Below, one piece after another: positions 50,133 through 59,598 of a stretch of DNA of 64,000 bases. Under the pieces are notes generated by a model, which had not been told where the DNA came from, did not search any database, and saw nothing but the letters and a program-made list of their open reading frames with translations. This stretch comes from an uncultured Pseudomonadota bacterium (lineage in GTDB: Bacteria > Pseudomonadota > Alphaproteobacteria > RF32 > CAG-239). The first letter of the stretch is position 1. Every line of letters starts with the position of its first letter. The translations under genes and the position numbers were made by a program. Where the stretch lies: assembly GCA_949295915.1 (NCBI GenBank), contig CASFNB010000003.1, forward strand, positions 8,926 to 72,925, written 5' to 3'.

Positions 50133-50795
50133 ATGTTAACGACACTTGTGGCTATAATACTCAATTTTATTCCCATTATGTTGGCAATTATCTTGCATGA
50201 AATTGCTCACGGCTATGCCGCTCTTAAACTTGGGGATAATACGGCAAAACGTTTCGGACGTCTTTCTCTTAATCCGATTAAGCATATTGATTTGTTCGGA
50301 ACAATTATTTTGCCGGCATTGCTCTACGCTTCAAATGTCGGATTTATTTTTGGTTGGGCTCGTCCGGTACCGGTTAATTATGCCAAAATTAACACTCGTA
50401 AAGATATGTTGATTGTGGCTTCCGCAGGTATTGTCATGAATATTGTCCTTGCCATTTGCTCTACTCTTATTCTTTTGTTGGTGGATTTAATTCCTTCTCC
50501 CCTGATCCATGGAATTTTAGAGGTCTTCTTTGTTAATATGGTGGTTTATAATATTGTTCTGGCCGTATTTAACATTTTACCCATTCCGCCCATGGATGGT
50601 TCTAAAATATTTTTCGGAGGTATCAATAAACCTTGGGCTCAAAGATATATATCTGCCGATAAACTCGGATTAACGGCTTTTTTTGCCATTGCCATTGTTT
50701 TGCCGCTGATTGGTAGTCTTTTAGGGCAAAATTGGAATATTGTCGGATGGTATGTTATGGGCGTTTCCAAGTTTTTTATCTCTGCACTTATTTAG
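50133..50795 (+). CDS. Site-2 protease (M50) family
   Basis: HEIAH, FNILPIPPMDG, multiple TMs. Confidence 0.93.
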   Translation: MLTTLVAIILNFIPIMLAIILHEIAHGYAALKLGDNTAKRFGRLSLNPIKHIDLFGTIILPALLYASNVGFIFGWARPVPVNYAKINTRKDMLIVASAGIVMNIVLAICSTLILLLVDLIPSPLIHGILEVFFVNMVVYNIVLAVFNILPIPPMDGSKIFFGGINKPWAQRYISADKLGLTAFFAIAIVLPLIGSLLGQNWNIVGWYVMGVSKFFISALI

Positions 50796-50804
50796 GAGAT
50801 ATTT

Positions 50805-51896
50805 ATGAATAAACCTGTTCTTGCTGCTATGCTTTCTATCTCGGGAACAAAACTTTCCGATGAGGAAAAAAAGTTGTTTGAACGGTTTAATCCTCTCGGT
50901 GTGACACTCTTTGCCAAAAATATTGAATCAAAAACTCAGCTCAAAAATCTTACAAAAGAAATCAGAGAAGTTTGTGACAGAAATAATATTTTGATTGCCA
51001 TTGACCAAGAAGGCGGTCGCGTTCGTCGTCTGCGTGAGCCGGAATTCAGAAGCTATGCGGCACAAATTGATTTAGGAAGAACCGAAGAAAAATTTGGATT
51101 TGCAACAACTTTGCAAACAACTCATAATCACGCTCTTTTAATTGCACATGACTTGCTTGAATGCGGTATAAATTGGAATTATGCACCTTGCTTGGACATT
51201 GCTTATTCGGAAACTTCCGATGTTTTGAAAAGCCGTTGCTTTGGTAATGACGAGAAAAAAATTGCCGTCCTCGGCAGAGAAATGATTGATACTTATGTTC
51301 AATCAGGAATATGTCCCTGCATAAAACATATGCCGGGGCACGGGCGCGCAAACGTTGACCCTCACCTACAACTTCCGATCATTGAAAACTCATTATCCGA
51401 GCTGAAAAAAGATTTTTATCCTTTCTGGTTTAACCGATATGCACCGGCCGGAATGACTGCACATATTGTGCTTAAAGATGTTGATGATAAACATCCGGTA
51501 ACACAAAGTAAGACAGCCATTGATAAAATTATTCGCGGAGAAATTGGCTTTGAAGGATTTTTAATTTCAGATTCAATAAATATGAATGCGCTTCACGGAA
51601 ATGTTGTTGACAGGGCTCTGGCTTGCCTTAATGCCGGATGTGATGCCGTATGTTTCTGCTTTGGCTCTTTGGCAGAAACTTTAAGCCTGTGCCAAAATTG
51701 TCCGGTTTTGACGGATAACTCTCTGATTAGGCTTGCCAAGATTGAAAATATATTTAAAAATAAACTCAAAGATATTGATTATAAATTAACAGAAAAAAAT
51801 TATGCGCAGGTTTGCGGAGCAATAGAAAAATATAACGATAAATATGATGCCACCGAAACATTACGCCTAATGACACTCAAGCCACAGGAGAATTGA
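50805..51896 (+). CDS. nagZ: Beta-N-acetylhexosaminidase (GH3)
   Basis: IDQEGGRVRR, KHMPGHG..DPH, ISD. Confidence 0.94.
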   Translation: MNKPVLAAMLSISGTKLSDEEKKLFERFNPLGVTLFAKNIESKTQLKNLTKEIREVCDRNNILIAIDQEGGRVRRLREPEFRSYAAQIDLGRTEEKFGFATTLQTTHNHALLIAHDLLECGINWNYAPCLDIAYSETSDVLKSRCFGNDEKKIAVLGREMIDTYVQSGICPCIKHMPGHGRANVDPHLQLPIIENSLSELKKDFYPFWFNRYAPAGMTAHIVLKDVDDKHPVTQSKTAIDKIIRGEIGFEGFLISDSINMNALHGNVVDRALACLNAGCDAVCFCFGSLAETLSLCQNCPVLTDNSLIRLAKIENIFKNKLKDIDYKLTEKNYAQVCGAIEKYNDKYDATETLRLMTLKPQEN

Positions 51897-51897
51897 A

Positions 51898-52068
51898 ATG
51901 TTGGAATGGATTTTGATTATTGTCGTGTTAGCTGCCATTTTTTATGCCAAAGACTTGCCGACGTTGAAAAATAAGGCTATTGAAGTTGGTAATCAGTTAT
52001 TGCAAAAAGCCAAAGAAAAAAAAGAACACTTGGCTGAAAAACAAAAAGAAAACAAAGAAGAAAAATAA
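51898..52068 (+). CDS. Small TatA-like membrane protein (56 aa; absent from the ORF track)
   Basis: AGGAG RBS; MLEWILIIVVLAAIFYAKDLPTLKNKAIEVGNQLLQKAKEKKEHLAEKQKENKEEK reads as TM, hinge, amphipathic helix and charged tail. Confidence 0.65.
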   Translation: MLEWILIIVVLAAIFYAKDLPTLKNKAIEVGNQLLQKAKEKKEHLAEKQKENKEEK

Positions 52069-52197
52069 ATTTTTAACGGTGCTTTTTAAGCGCCGTTTCT
52101 TTTTTATTATTTTGTATGAAAAATCAAATAATTATAGATTTTATTATATTTTTGTGTTATAAATAAAATATGGGTTTCATACCGTTGGAGAATTGCA

Positions 52198-52644
52198 ATG
52201 AGTATATCGTCTACCAGAAAAGTATCAGGCGCGACCTTGACGACAAGAAAAAATGATCGCTTATATGCCTCAAATAATGAAAGCGAAAGTTTTGTTGAGC
52301 ACATTGATACGGCTAATAATGTGTTGATAAAAAAGGATTTTGATGGCGAACACCAAAACAACCAAGAATATCAACAACAAAAGAAAGAACAAGCTGATAA
52401 GACTGATGTTTCGGGAAATCAGCCGCAGACTTATGTGGCCAGCGCTTTAGAGGCTCTGGAGGCCAGCGGTGCTTATGAAGAACCGGAAGAAAATACGCAT
52501 GCTCGCAATGTTAACAACATCGGCATATATGGTAATAATCAATCTATGATTTCTTCTGAGCAAAAAGAACGAAAAAACCAGTCTTACCTCAAACATTTTT
52601 ATGAGAAAAATGAACCCTTTGAGGAAGTGAACAGATTGGTTTGA
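52198..52644 (+). CDS. Hypothetical protein (148 aa, polar/disordered)
   Basis: GGAG RBS and clean ORF. Confidence 0.7.
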   Translation: MSISSTRKVSGATLTTRKNDRLYASNNESESFVEHIDTANNVLIKKDFDGEHQNNQEYQQQKKEQADKTDVSGNQPQTYVASALEALEASGAYEEPEENTHARNVNNIGIYGNNQSMISSEQKERKNQSYLKHFYEKNEPFEEVNRLV

Positions 52645-53334
52645 CTAAAGTTTTATCAGCCCTACTTTTGAAAATATCTTTATAAATATATTTTTGGAAC
52701 AGTAATCTTTAACTGTTTTTCCTTCTTTATCTTGAATAGATAAATCAAAATTATATTGCAACAATGTTCTTATCATCGAAGGATTAAAACGAAAAACTTG
52801 ACAAGCTAGCATTAAGCTGTTTTGCCCTAATTTATTTTGATAATGCGGATCGAAATTATAGTTTTCTAATAAATAGTGAGCTAATTTGTATCTTCTTAAA
52901 TAGATACAAATTTGTAGTAAATCTCCACCATCTTTGGCTAATTTATAGTTTATATCACAACCTTTTTTGATTAAATAGTTCAATGCTTTTTTGTTATTAT
53001 AAATAATAGCCACCCCCAATGAAGATTGTTTTTCTAAACCGCAAGTATGGATATTCATGCCCTTTTGTACCAGAAAATCAATCAGCTCTACTTTAGCAAA
53101 AAATTCTATCGCTATCAACAAAGGTAAGCCATTATAATTTGGATCTGCTCCACGCTCAAGTACATATTCTAAATCTTTTTGAGTTGTTTTTTTCAACCCC
53201 AATAACAAACATAAAGCTTCACTTTTGTTTTTGCGGTGTTTTATAAATATTTTGTTATAATATTCCATTCCTCCAAAAACAAAAAGCCAAAGAGAAATTC
53301 CGCCAACCATAATAACCCAAAGTGCATTTAACAT
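52645..53334 (-). CDS. Ankyrin-repeat protein with N-terminal TM helix
   Basis: Repeated LLxxGADPN / LIKKGCDIN / GQNSLMLA / DKEGKT motifs. Confidence 0.85.
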   Translation of the reverse strand: MLNALWVIMVGGISLWLFVFGGMEYYNKIFIKHRKNKSEALCLLLGLKKTTQKDLEYVLERGADPNYNGLPLLIAIEFFAKVELIDFLVQKGMNIHTCGLEKQSSLGVAIIYNNKKALNYLIKKGCDINYKLAKDGGDLLQICIYLRRYKLAHYLLENYNFDPHYQNKLGQNSLMLACQVFRFNPSMIRTLLQYNFDLSIQDKEGKTVKDYCSKNIFIKIFSKVGLIKL

Positions 53335-53344
53335 TTATCAATCC

Positions 53345-54985
53345 TCATTTAAGTGACTTTGCATATTCTTCCAAATCCAGCGGATAAGTAATATCCAAAG
53401 CTTCTTTTTTGTCTTTTATCTCGATTGTTTTGGTATAATCGGCAAACTCAACAAAAACCGGTCTTAAATCGGCATTTTCGGGAACAATATCGGCAAAATT
53501 GAACAATTCCTTACTCCATATAATCGGGTTGATTTTTTTACCCTCATACATGGACATAATAACTTGTTTACCTTTTGTTTTTTTGAAATTTTTAATCATA
53601 TCATCAATATGTTCTTTGGTGATATTCGGCATATCTGCCGGAATTAGGATTGCGCCGTCGCAAAAGCTCGGAACAGACTTGATGCCCATGGAAATAGATG
53701 TTTTTATGCCTGAGCGATAGCCCGAATTATACAACACATTAACATCTACTTTATCTAAATATTCTTCCATCAAATCGGCCTGATAACCGGTGACTAAAAA
53801 TACCGGAGATGCCTTAGACTTAACGGCAGCTTGTAAAGCCTTCATAAACAAAGGTTCTCCATCTATATCCACCAAAAGCTTATTACCGCGGCATCTTGCC
53901 CCTACACCTGCTGCCAAAACAACTGCGGCTATTCTGGCTTCCTTACCGCTTTCATCATGTCCGGCAGAGGTGATATAATTGTTCATCATTTCTTCGGGCA
54001 ATTTTGTCTCTCTTGGAATGATAAAGTTTTGCGGATGGTCAAAGTCAAACACATTAAGCTTATCGGCAACAATGGCTTGTTTGATGTAGCGTACGGCATA
54101 AGAACTATCAATATTACCGTAATTATAAGGAATGACGATAATGCGTTTTCCTCGTTTTGAGGCAATAATAAAATCACCGGCATTGACTTGCGGCAAATAA
54201 GGACAAACAATCTCATCGACAATGCTGTTTAAGGCCTTAACCATAATATCGTGCGGGCAACGCGTTTGTTGCGCCGGAAGAATGAACAAGACATCATTAT
54301 CATCTCTTAATGCTCTTTGCAATATGTTGGCAATTTCTTCCGTTTGGTGCGGTGCCTCATATTCATGCTCAAATGTCAAATCCATATTTGGAAAATCTTT
54401 AACCAAGCGTTTGACGATGTTGGTAAAATGTCTGGTTTCGCTTTTATCATTGGTCAAACGGGTATACATCAGCCCTACTTTTTTAGCGCTTATGTCATGC
54501 ACCGAAAGCATATCGGTGTTGCCGGCAAGGCTGTATAAAATATCATCAACCATATTTTGCGGAATAATCGGCAGGTTTAGCTCCAACTCGGCAATAATGG
54601 TATCGGCTTCAACAATCTTATAAGGCTGAATGGTGTTCAAAATGAAGAAACTACCATGACGATTGAACTTGGCCACGCGCTCCTCATTGACCATAAACAC
54701 ACCGTTTACGCCTGCGGCAATGCGACAGATTCCATCTTCTCCGACACTATATGCCGTATTTTTGCCGCAAAGTTTGGCAGCAACTTCACCTAATGCCGCC
54801 TCAAAAGTGATGTCTCCGTTTTCCATGCCGGCAACAAAAATCTTTTCTATTTTATTTTGTTTGAACAAAATAACATCTTCTTCGCTTATTTTATGCGCCT
54901 TTGGTAAAAAGACACCACCGACAACTATCTGATTGAATAAATACATTCCGAGGGCTTCGGTCACTTTGAGTTCTTGGCAAATCAT
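53345..54985 (-). CDS. Molybdopterin-binding domain plus MocA/MobA-like nucleotidyltransferase fusion
   Basis: C-terminal AVVLAAG..R..GNKLL, SGIKTSI..G, PADMP, DIT.P.D; N-terminal degenerate MoeA-like region. Start at ATG 54985. Confidence 0.8.
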   Translation of the reverse strand: MICQELKVTEALGMYLFNQIVVGGVFLPKAHKISEEDVILFKQNKIEKIFVAGMENGDITFEAALGEVAAKLCGKNTAYSVGEDGICRIAAGVNGVFMVNEERVAKFNRHGSFFILNTIQPYKIVEADTIIAELELNLPIIPQNMVDDILYSLAGNTDMLSVHDISAKKVGLMYTRLTNDKSETRHFTNIVKRLVKDFPNMDLTFEHEYEAPHQTEEIANILQRALRDDNDVLFILPAQQTRCPHDIMVKALNSIVDEIVCPYLPQVNAGDFIIASKRGKRIIVIPYNYGNIDSSYAVRYIKQAIVADKLNVFDFDHPQNFIIPRETKLPEEMMNNYITSAGHDESGKEARIAAVVLAAGVGARCRGNKLLVDIDGEPLFMKALQAAVKSKASPVFLVTGYQADLMEEYLDKVDVNVLYNSGYRSGIKTSISMGIKSVPSFCDGAILIPADMPNITKEHIDDMIKNFKKTKGKQVIMSMYEGKKINPIIWSKELFNFADIVPENADLRPVFVEFADYTKTIEIKDKKEALDITYPLDLEEYAKSLK

Positions 54986-55155
54986 CTTTATTTTCCTTTG
55001 TTTTACCCCTTTCAGATTAACAAATTTTTGCAAAAGTAAAAGGATGAATTGTAACTTTGCAACAGTATTTATTCGCTAAAATGCAAAAAAGTGATGACTT
55101 TTTGGAAAAAATAGGCTATATTGCCTGCAATCATTTTAACAAATAAAGGTTTATT

Positions 55156-55797
55156 GTGAAAAAAATAATTTCAATTGCTGAAGCCGGCAAGCTAGTTAAA
55201 GACAATGCTTCCGTGATGATTGGCGGTTTTTTGCGTTGTGGAACACCTGCTAAAATCATAGATGAACTGGTTAAAAACAAAACTTCTAACCTTACCCTTA
55301 TTGCCAATGATACTTGTATTCCCGATTCAGGCAGAGGTAAACTTATTGTCAATAAACAGGTTAAAAAAGTGATTACCACTCATATCGGAACCAACCCCGA
55401 AACCGGCAAACAAATGCACAACAAAGAAATTGAGGTTGAGTTGGTGCCTATGGGAACTTTGGTTGAGCGCATTCGCGCTGCCGGTGCCGGTTTGGGCGGT
55501 GTCTTAACCCCAACCGGTGTAGGTACGGTGGTTGAAGAAGGTAAAAAAGTTTTGGATATCGACGGCAATAAATTTATTTATGAAAAACCGCTTAAAGCCG
55601 ACTATGCCTTGATTTATGCTTCTAAAGTTGACAAGTTCGGTAATGCCTTTTTGGAAGGCACAACCCGCAACTTTAATGTTGTGATGGCTACAGCTGCCGA
55701 TACGGTTATTGTTGAAGCTCAAGAAATTTCCGATGAACCGCTCGACCCGAATTATGTAACTATCCCCGGCGTGTTTGTTGATTATATTGCCATTTAA
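55156..55797 (+). CDS. Acetoacetate/butyrate CoA-transferase subunit A (AtoD/CtfA-like)
   Basis: MIGGFL.CGTP, LIANDT, HIGTNPETG, GTLVERIRAAGAGLGG. Confidence 0.93.
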   Translation: MKKIISIAEAGKLVKDNASVMIGGFLRCGTPAKIIDELVKNKTSNLTLIANDTCIPDSGRGKLIVNKQVKKVITTHIGTNPETGKQMHNKEIEVELVPMGTLVERIRAAGAGLGGVLTPTGVGTVVEEGKKVLDIDGNKFIYEKPLKADYALIYASKVDKFGNAFLEGTTRNFNVVMATAADTVIVEAQEISDEPLDPNYVTIPGVFVDYIAI

Positions 55798-55806
55798 GGA
55801 GTTAAT

Positions 55807-56472
55807 ATGGAACTGTCTAAAGAACAAAAACGTGAAATTATTGCCAAACGTGTGGCTCAAGAGCTTCATGACGGTGATGTTATTACTCTTGGTATCGGAC
55901 TTCCTACCGAAGTGGCTAACTATGTTCCTCATGATGTGAATATCATCTTGCAGTCGGAAAACGGCATGATCGGCGTCGGGCATAGAGATTTTAATGCTCC
56001 GGAACGCCCGATTGTAACTAATGCCGGCGGCTTGCCCGTTACCACAAAGCCCGGTGCTTGCTTCTTTGATACCACCATGTCTTTCACGCTCATCCGCGGC
56101 GGACACGTTGATGTGACCGTTTTGGGCGCACTCCAAGTTGATGAAGAAGGTAATCTTGCCAACTGGATGGTGCCTGAGGTTTTTGTTCCCGGTATGGGCG
56201 GCGCGATGGATTTGGTTGTTGGCGCCAAGAAAGTGATTATTGCCATGGAGCATACGGCGAAAGGCGAAAAAAGAATTGTCAAAAAATGCACCCTTCCCCT
56301 CACTGCGGCACATGAAGTGGATATGATTGTGACTGAAATGTGCGTGATTGACGTAACATCTGAGGGTTTGCTCTTAAAAGAGATTAATCCGCTTTTCTCT
56401 TTGGAAGAGGTTTTGGCAGAAACTGATGCCGAGTTGATTATTCCCGAAGCCTTTACACAAAAAGCCGTGTAA
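55807..56472 (+). CDS. Acetoacetate/butyrate CoA-transferase subunit B (AtoA/CtfB-like)
   Basis: LGIGLPT, QSENG (catalytic Glu), GMGGAMDL, CTLPLT; terminator at 56494-56531. Confidence 0.93.
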   Translation: MELSKEQKREIIAKRVAQELHDGDVITLGIGLPTEVANYVPHDVNIILQSENGMIGVGHRDFNAPERPIVTNAGGLPVTTKPGACFFDTTMSFTLIRGGHVDVTVLGALQVDEEGNLANWMVPEVFVPGMGGAMDLVVGAKKVIIAMEHTAKGEKRIVKKCTLPLTAAHEVDMIVTEMCVIDVTSEGLLLKEINPLFSLEEVLAETDAELIIPEAFTQKAV

Positions 56473-56531
56473 TTTTCTTTGAATATTTATCTCAAAAAAA
56501 AAGAGTGAGAAAATTTTCTCACTCCTTTTTT

Positions 56532-57344
56532 CTAAGCAAAAATCCGAACTAATTTATGATTTTCCTTTTCATCCGTCAAATTAATGCTTAATGCCGAAAT
56601 TGTAATGTTGCGCGAGTGAATTTCTTTATCATCGTCAGGAAATGTGCTTTCGGGATTGAATTCTCCCGCCAAATTTTCCATACACATCCTTTTTTTCTCA
56701 ACGCTTCCCTCATTAAAACGTCTGGTTCCGTGCCGACAAACAACTATTTTCCCGATCTCTTCCGTCGGAATATTCGGGAAATTGACATTTATCAAACAAT
56801 CGGCATTAAAAGACTGTGCACAAACTTTTCTGATTATATCTTCCAAATAAATATCGGCTAAATCCCAATTCACAATCTCTGCGCCATCGGTTAACTGAGA
56901 AACGGCAATAGACATCACGCCATGCAACAAACCTTCAATTGCCACACCGATTGTTCCCGAATAGGTAATATCATCGGCAATATTACGTCCGTTGTTTATG
57001 CCGGAAACAATCAAATTTGGTTTGTTATCCTTCAGAATCATCGATAAAGCAATTCGCACACAATCTGTCGGGGTTCCTTCTACGGCAAAATGACGATCAT
57101 CAAGCTTATGAATGATATTAGGGAAGCTCTCTGCAGAGCTATGCCCTGCCATGCTTCTTAAGGTATCTGACGTGATGGCATGACTGGCGCCGCTCTTTTC
57201 TTTATTGGGGGCAACTACCCATACATCTGCACCTAAACGCAGCAATATCTTTTCAAGTAGTTTTATTCCTCTGGCTTCAATTCCGTCATCATTGGAAATA
57301 AGAATCGTTGCCGAAGCAAAATCTGTTATTGGTTTGAAGTGCAT
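56532..57344 (-). CDS. surE: 5'/3'-nucleotidase SurE
   Basis: ILISNDDG, VAP..KSGASHA, GTPTDCV, SGINNG.N...YSGT, NVNFP. Confidence 0.93.
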   Translation of the reverse strand: MHFKPITDFASATILISNDDGIEARGIKLLEKILLRLGADVWVVAPNKEKSGASHAITSDTLRSMAGHSSAESFPNIIHKLDDRHFAVEGTPTDCVRIALSMILKDNKPNLIVSGINNGRNIADDITYSGTIGVAIEGLLHGVMSIAVSQLTDGAEIVNWDLADIYLEDIIRKVCAQSFNADCLINVNFPNIPTEEIGKIVVCRHGTRRFNEGSVEKKRMCMENLAGEFNPESTFPDDDKEIHSRNITISALSINLTDEKENHKLVRIFA

Positions 57345-57346
57345 TC

Positions 57347-58324
57347 TTATCTTCCTCCGTGATGATTGCTGTAGGCAATATTTTGATGATTAATCAAACG
57401 ACCGTTAAAGAAGTTTGAAAGAATCCTTTTCTCTTGTTTGCTTAATCCCAATATCTGAATTGATTCATTAATATAATTTAATTCATACGCCAAGCGTTTT
57501 TCTTCATACGGGGATAAAGGTTGTCTTTCTTTGGCTTTTATCACATGCGGAATTTGCTGATAATTTGTTTCATCACACAAAAACTTATTATTTCTATCTA
57601 CAACTTTCATTGTTATCGGAGAGCCATGACTTATACCGTCCACAACAAAGTTTATTTTCTTCATTGTTTCTCCACACAAAAAATCATGATCTTGAAAAGC
57701 AACCAATCTGGGAATTATCGGCTCTTCTTCCGGATGTTCCAGATTGTGACGACGTGCCTGAAAATATCTGGTGATATTACTCAAACAACACATATGCTTA
57801 TTGGCTGCAACATAGGTAATGTTCAAATGATATCCTTTTTTTCCAAATACTGCCTCCAAAGAATTTTTAGGATGTTCATTAATATCTATACACGGTGTGG
57901 AGATCATTATATGTCTTCTCGCATCTGCCGTACGATAAAGCATGTTATCACGCAGAGCTAACGGAAGCTGACAATAATAATCCGCCACCAACGGATTTTC
58001 TTTGATTGCTTCCAAAACGCGCTTATCATAAGGACGAAATTCGTCAAAATCGGCACCAACTAAGTTGCCGTTATATTTTTTTAACAGAGCTCGTTCTACA
58101 TTGGATTTTCCGGCACCGGGATAACCTAATACAACTTCGGCTACCGGCGTTTCTCCTTCTTCTAATGGTTTTGAATTTTCAATCTGTTGCGTACAAACTT
58201 TATTGACCATCAAATTGACATAAGATTCTGATAACGGTTCTACTTCTGATTTTGCTTTTTTAGGATAATAAACCGTTTGACTATTTGCAATGGTACGACG
58301 CAGCTCACGATATATATCATTCAT
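57347..58324 (-). CDS. Zeta-toxin family P-loop kinase
   Basis: PVAEVVLGYPGAGKS Walker A followed by GNLVGADFDEFR, GY.LNITYVA and RY...R.V...H, matching the zeta/PezT pattern. Confidence 0.8.
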   Translation of the reverse strand: MNDIYRELRRTIANSQTVYYPKKAKSEVEPLSESYVNLMVNKVCTQQIENSKPLEEGETPVAEVVLGYPGAGKSNVERALLKKYNGNLVGADFDEFRPYDKRVLEAIKENPLVADYYCQLPLALRDNMLYRTADARRHIMISTPCIDINEHPKNSLEAVFGKKGYHLNITYVAANKHMCCLSNITRYFQARRHNLEHPEEEPIIPRLVAFQDHDFLCGETMKKINFVVDGISHGSPITMKVVDRNNKFLCDETNYQQIPHVIKAKERQPLSPYEEKRLAYELNYINESIQILGLSKQEKRILSNFFNGRLINHQNIAYSNHHGGR

Positions 58325-58408
58325 ATTACTATCCTTTGCTGTCTAAATAATTTTATTCAATGGCAATAGATTAATATAAATTATATATATTTGCAAGAAC
58401 ATCTGGAC

Positions 58409-58441
58409 AAAAAAAAGAGGTGCAAATTGCACCTCTTTTTT
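58409..58441. terminator. Intrinsic terminator of rplM-rpsI
   Basis: AAAAAAAAGAGGTGCA-AAT-TGCACCTCTTTTTT. Confidence 0.85.
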
Positions 58442-58466
58442 GTATCTTAGCCTTAAGTCCAAACGA

Positions 58467-58925
58467 TTAACGTTTAGAGAATTGGTAAGAACGACGAGCT
58501 TTAGCGCGACCGTATTTTTTACGTTCAACGGTACGATCATCACGGGTTAAGAATCCGGCTTTCTTCAAAGCAGCTCTCAATTCCGGCTCATATTCGTTCA
58601 AAGCTTTAGAAATACCGTGTTTGATAGCACCGGCTTGACCAGACAAGCCACCACCTTTTACAGTGCAAACAACGTCAAATTCATTAACGCGGTTAGCAAC
58701 TTCAAACGGTTGGTTGATAATCATTTTCAAAACCGGACGAGCAAAATATTGGTCAATGGATTTGTCATTGATGGTGATGTTGCCTTTTCCGGGTTTAATC
58801 CATACACGAGCGACAGCGTCTTTTCTTTTACCTGTGGCATAAGAACGACCCAATTTGTCGCGGTTGGGTTTACGAACCTTAACTTCTTCGTTGTTAGAGG
58901 CGTTTTTGATTTCTTGCAAATCCAT
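58467..58925 (-). CDS. rpsI: 30S ribosomal protein S9
   Basis: [35 protein letters not shown]. Confidence 0.99.
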   Translation of the reverse strand: MDLQEIKNASNNEEVKVRKPNRDKLGRSYATGKRKDAVARVWIKPGKGNITINDKSIDQYFARPVLKMIINQPFEVANRVNEFDVVCTVKGGGLSGQAGAIKHGISKALNEYEPELRAALKKAGFLTRDDRTVERKKYGRAKARRSYQFSKR

Positions 58926-59392
58926 TATAATGCACTCCTTTTATTTTTCGGGTTCTTGGCAGCAATATCCAAAGCTATCGGATTTTGAGCTGTGTGCGGG
59001 TGATTTTCACCGGCATAAACTTTCAATTTGGTCATCATTTGACGGCCCAAAGGATTACGAGAAATCATGCGTTCAACAGCTTTCTCGATAACTCTTTCAG
59101 GGAAACGACCTGCCAAAATTTTTGCAGGAGTGGTTTCTTTGATACCGCCAATCCAACCGGTGTGTTTGAAATATTTTTTATGTGTTAATTTCTTACCGGT
59201 TAATTTTACTTTATCGGCATTGATAACAACGACATAGTCACCGCAGTCCAAGTTAGGAACGAAGCAAGGTTTGTGTTTGCCGCGCAAAATCTTGGCGATT
59301 TCGGCAGAAAGACGACCCAATACTACTCCAGATGCGTCAACGACATACCATTTTCTTTCAATGTCAGATGGTTTTGTTGCATATGTGTTCAT
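58925..59392 (-). CDS. rplM: 50S ribosomal protein L13
   Basis: [33 protein letters not shown]. Confidence 0.99.
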   Translation of the reverse strand: MNTYATKPSDIERKWYVVDASGVVLGRLSAEIAKILRGKHKPCFVPNLDCGDYVVVINADKVKLTGKKLTHKKYFKHTGWIGGIKETTPAKILAGRFPERVIEKAVERMISRNPLGRQMMTKLKVYAGENHPHTAQNPIALDIAAKNPKNKRSAL

Positions 59393-59598
59393 ATTTTCTC
59401 TCTTTTTAAAGATAGTTGTTAAATTCGGTTTGAATATACAGAAAAAGTTTTGAATGTCAACTAAAAAATTTTATTATTTTTCAATATATTAATTTATGGT
59501 ATTATAATACCACTCGTTATCTTATTGATTTTACTTATTTTATGTATTTTCATGAAAATTGAAAAATTTTAAAGGGTGGCTTTTTTCCACCCTTTTGT

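Noticed and set aside
51980-52162. 60-aa ORF in the track after nagZ
   Set aside because: Out-of-frame overlap of the better-supported TatA-like ORF at 51898-52068.
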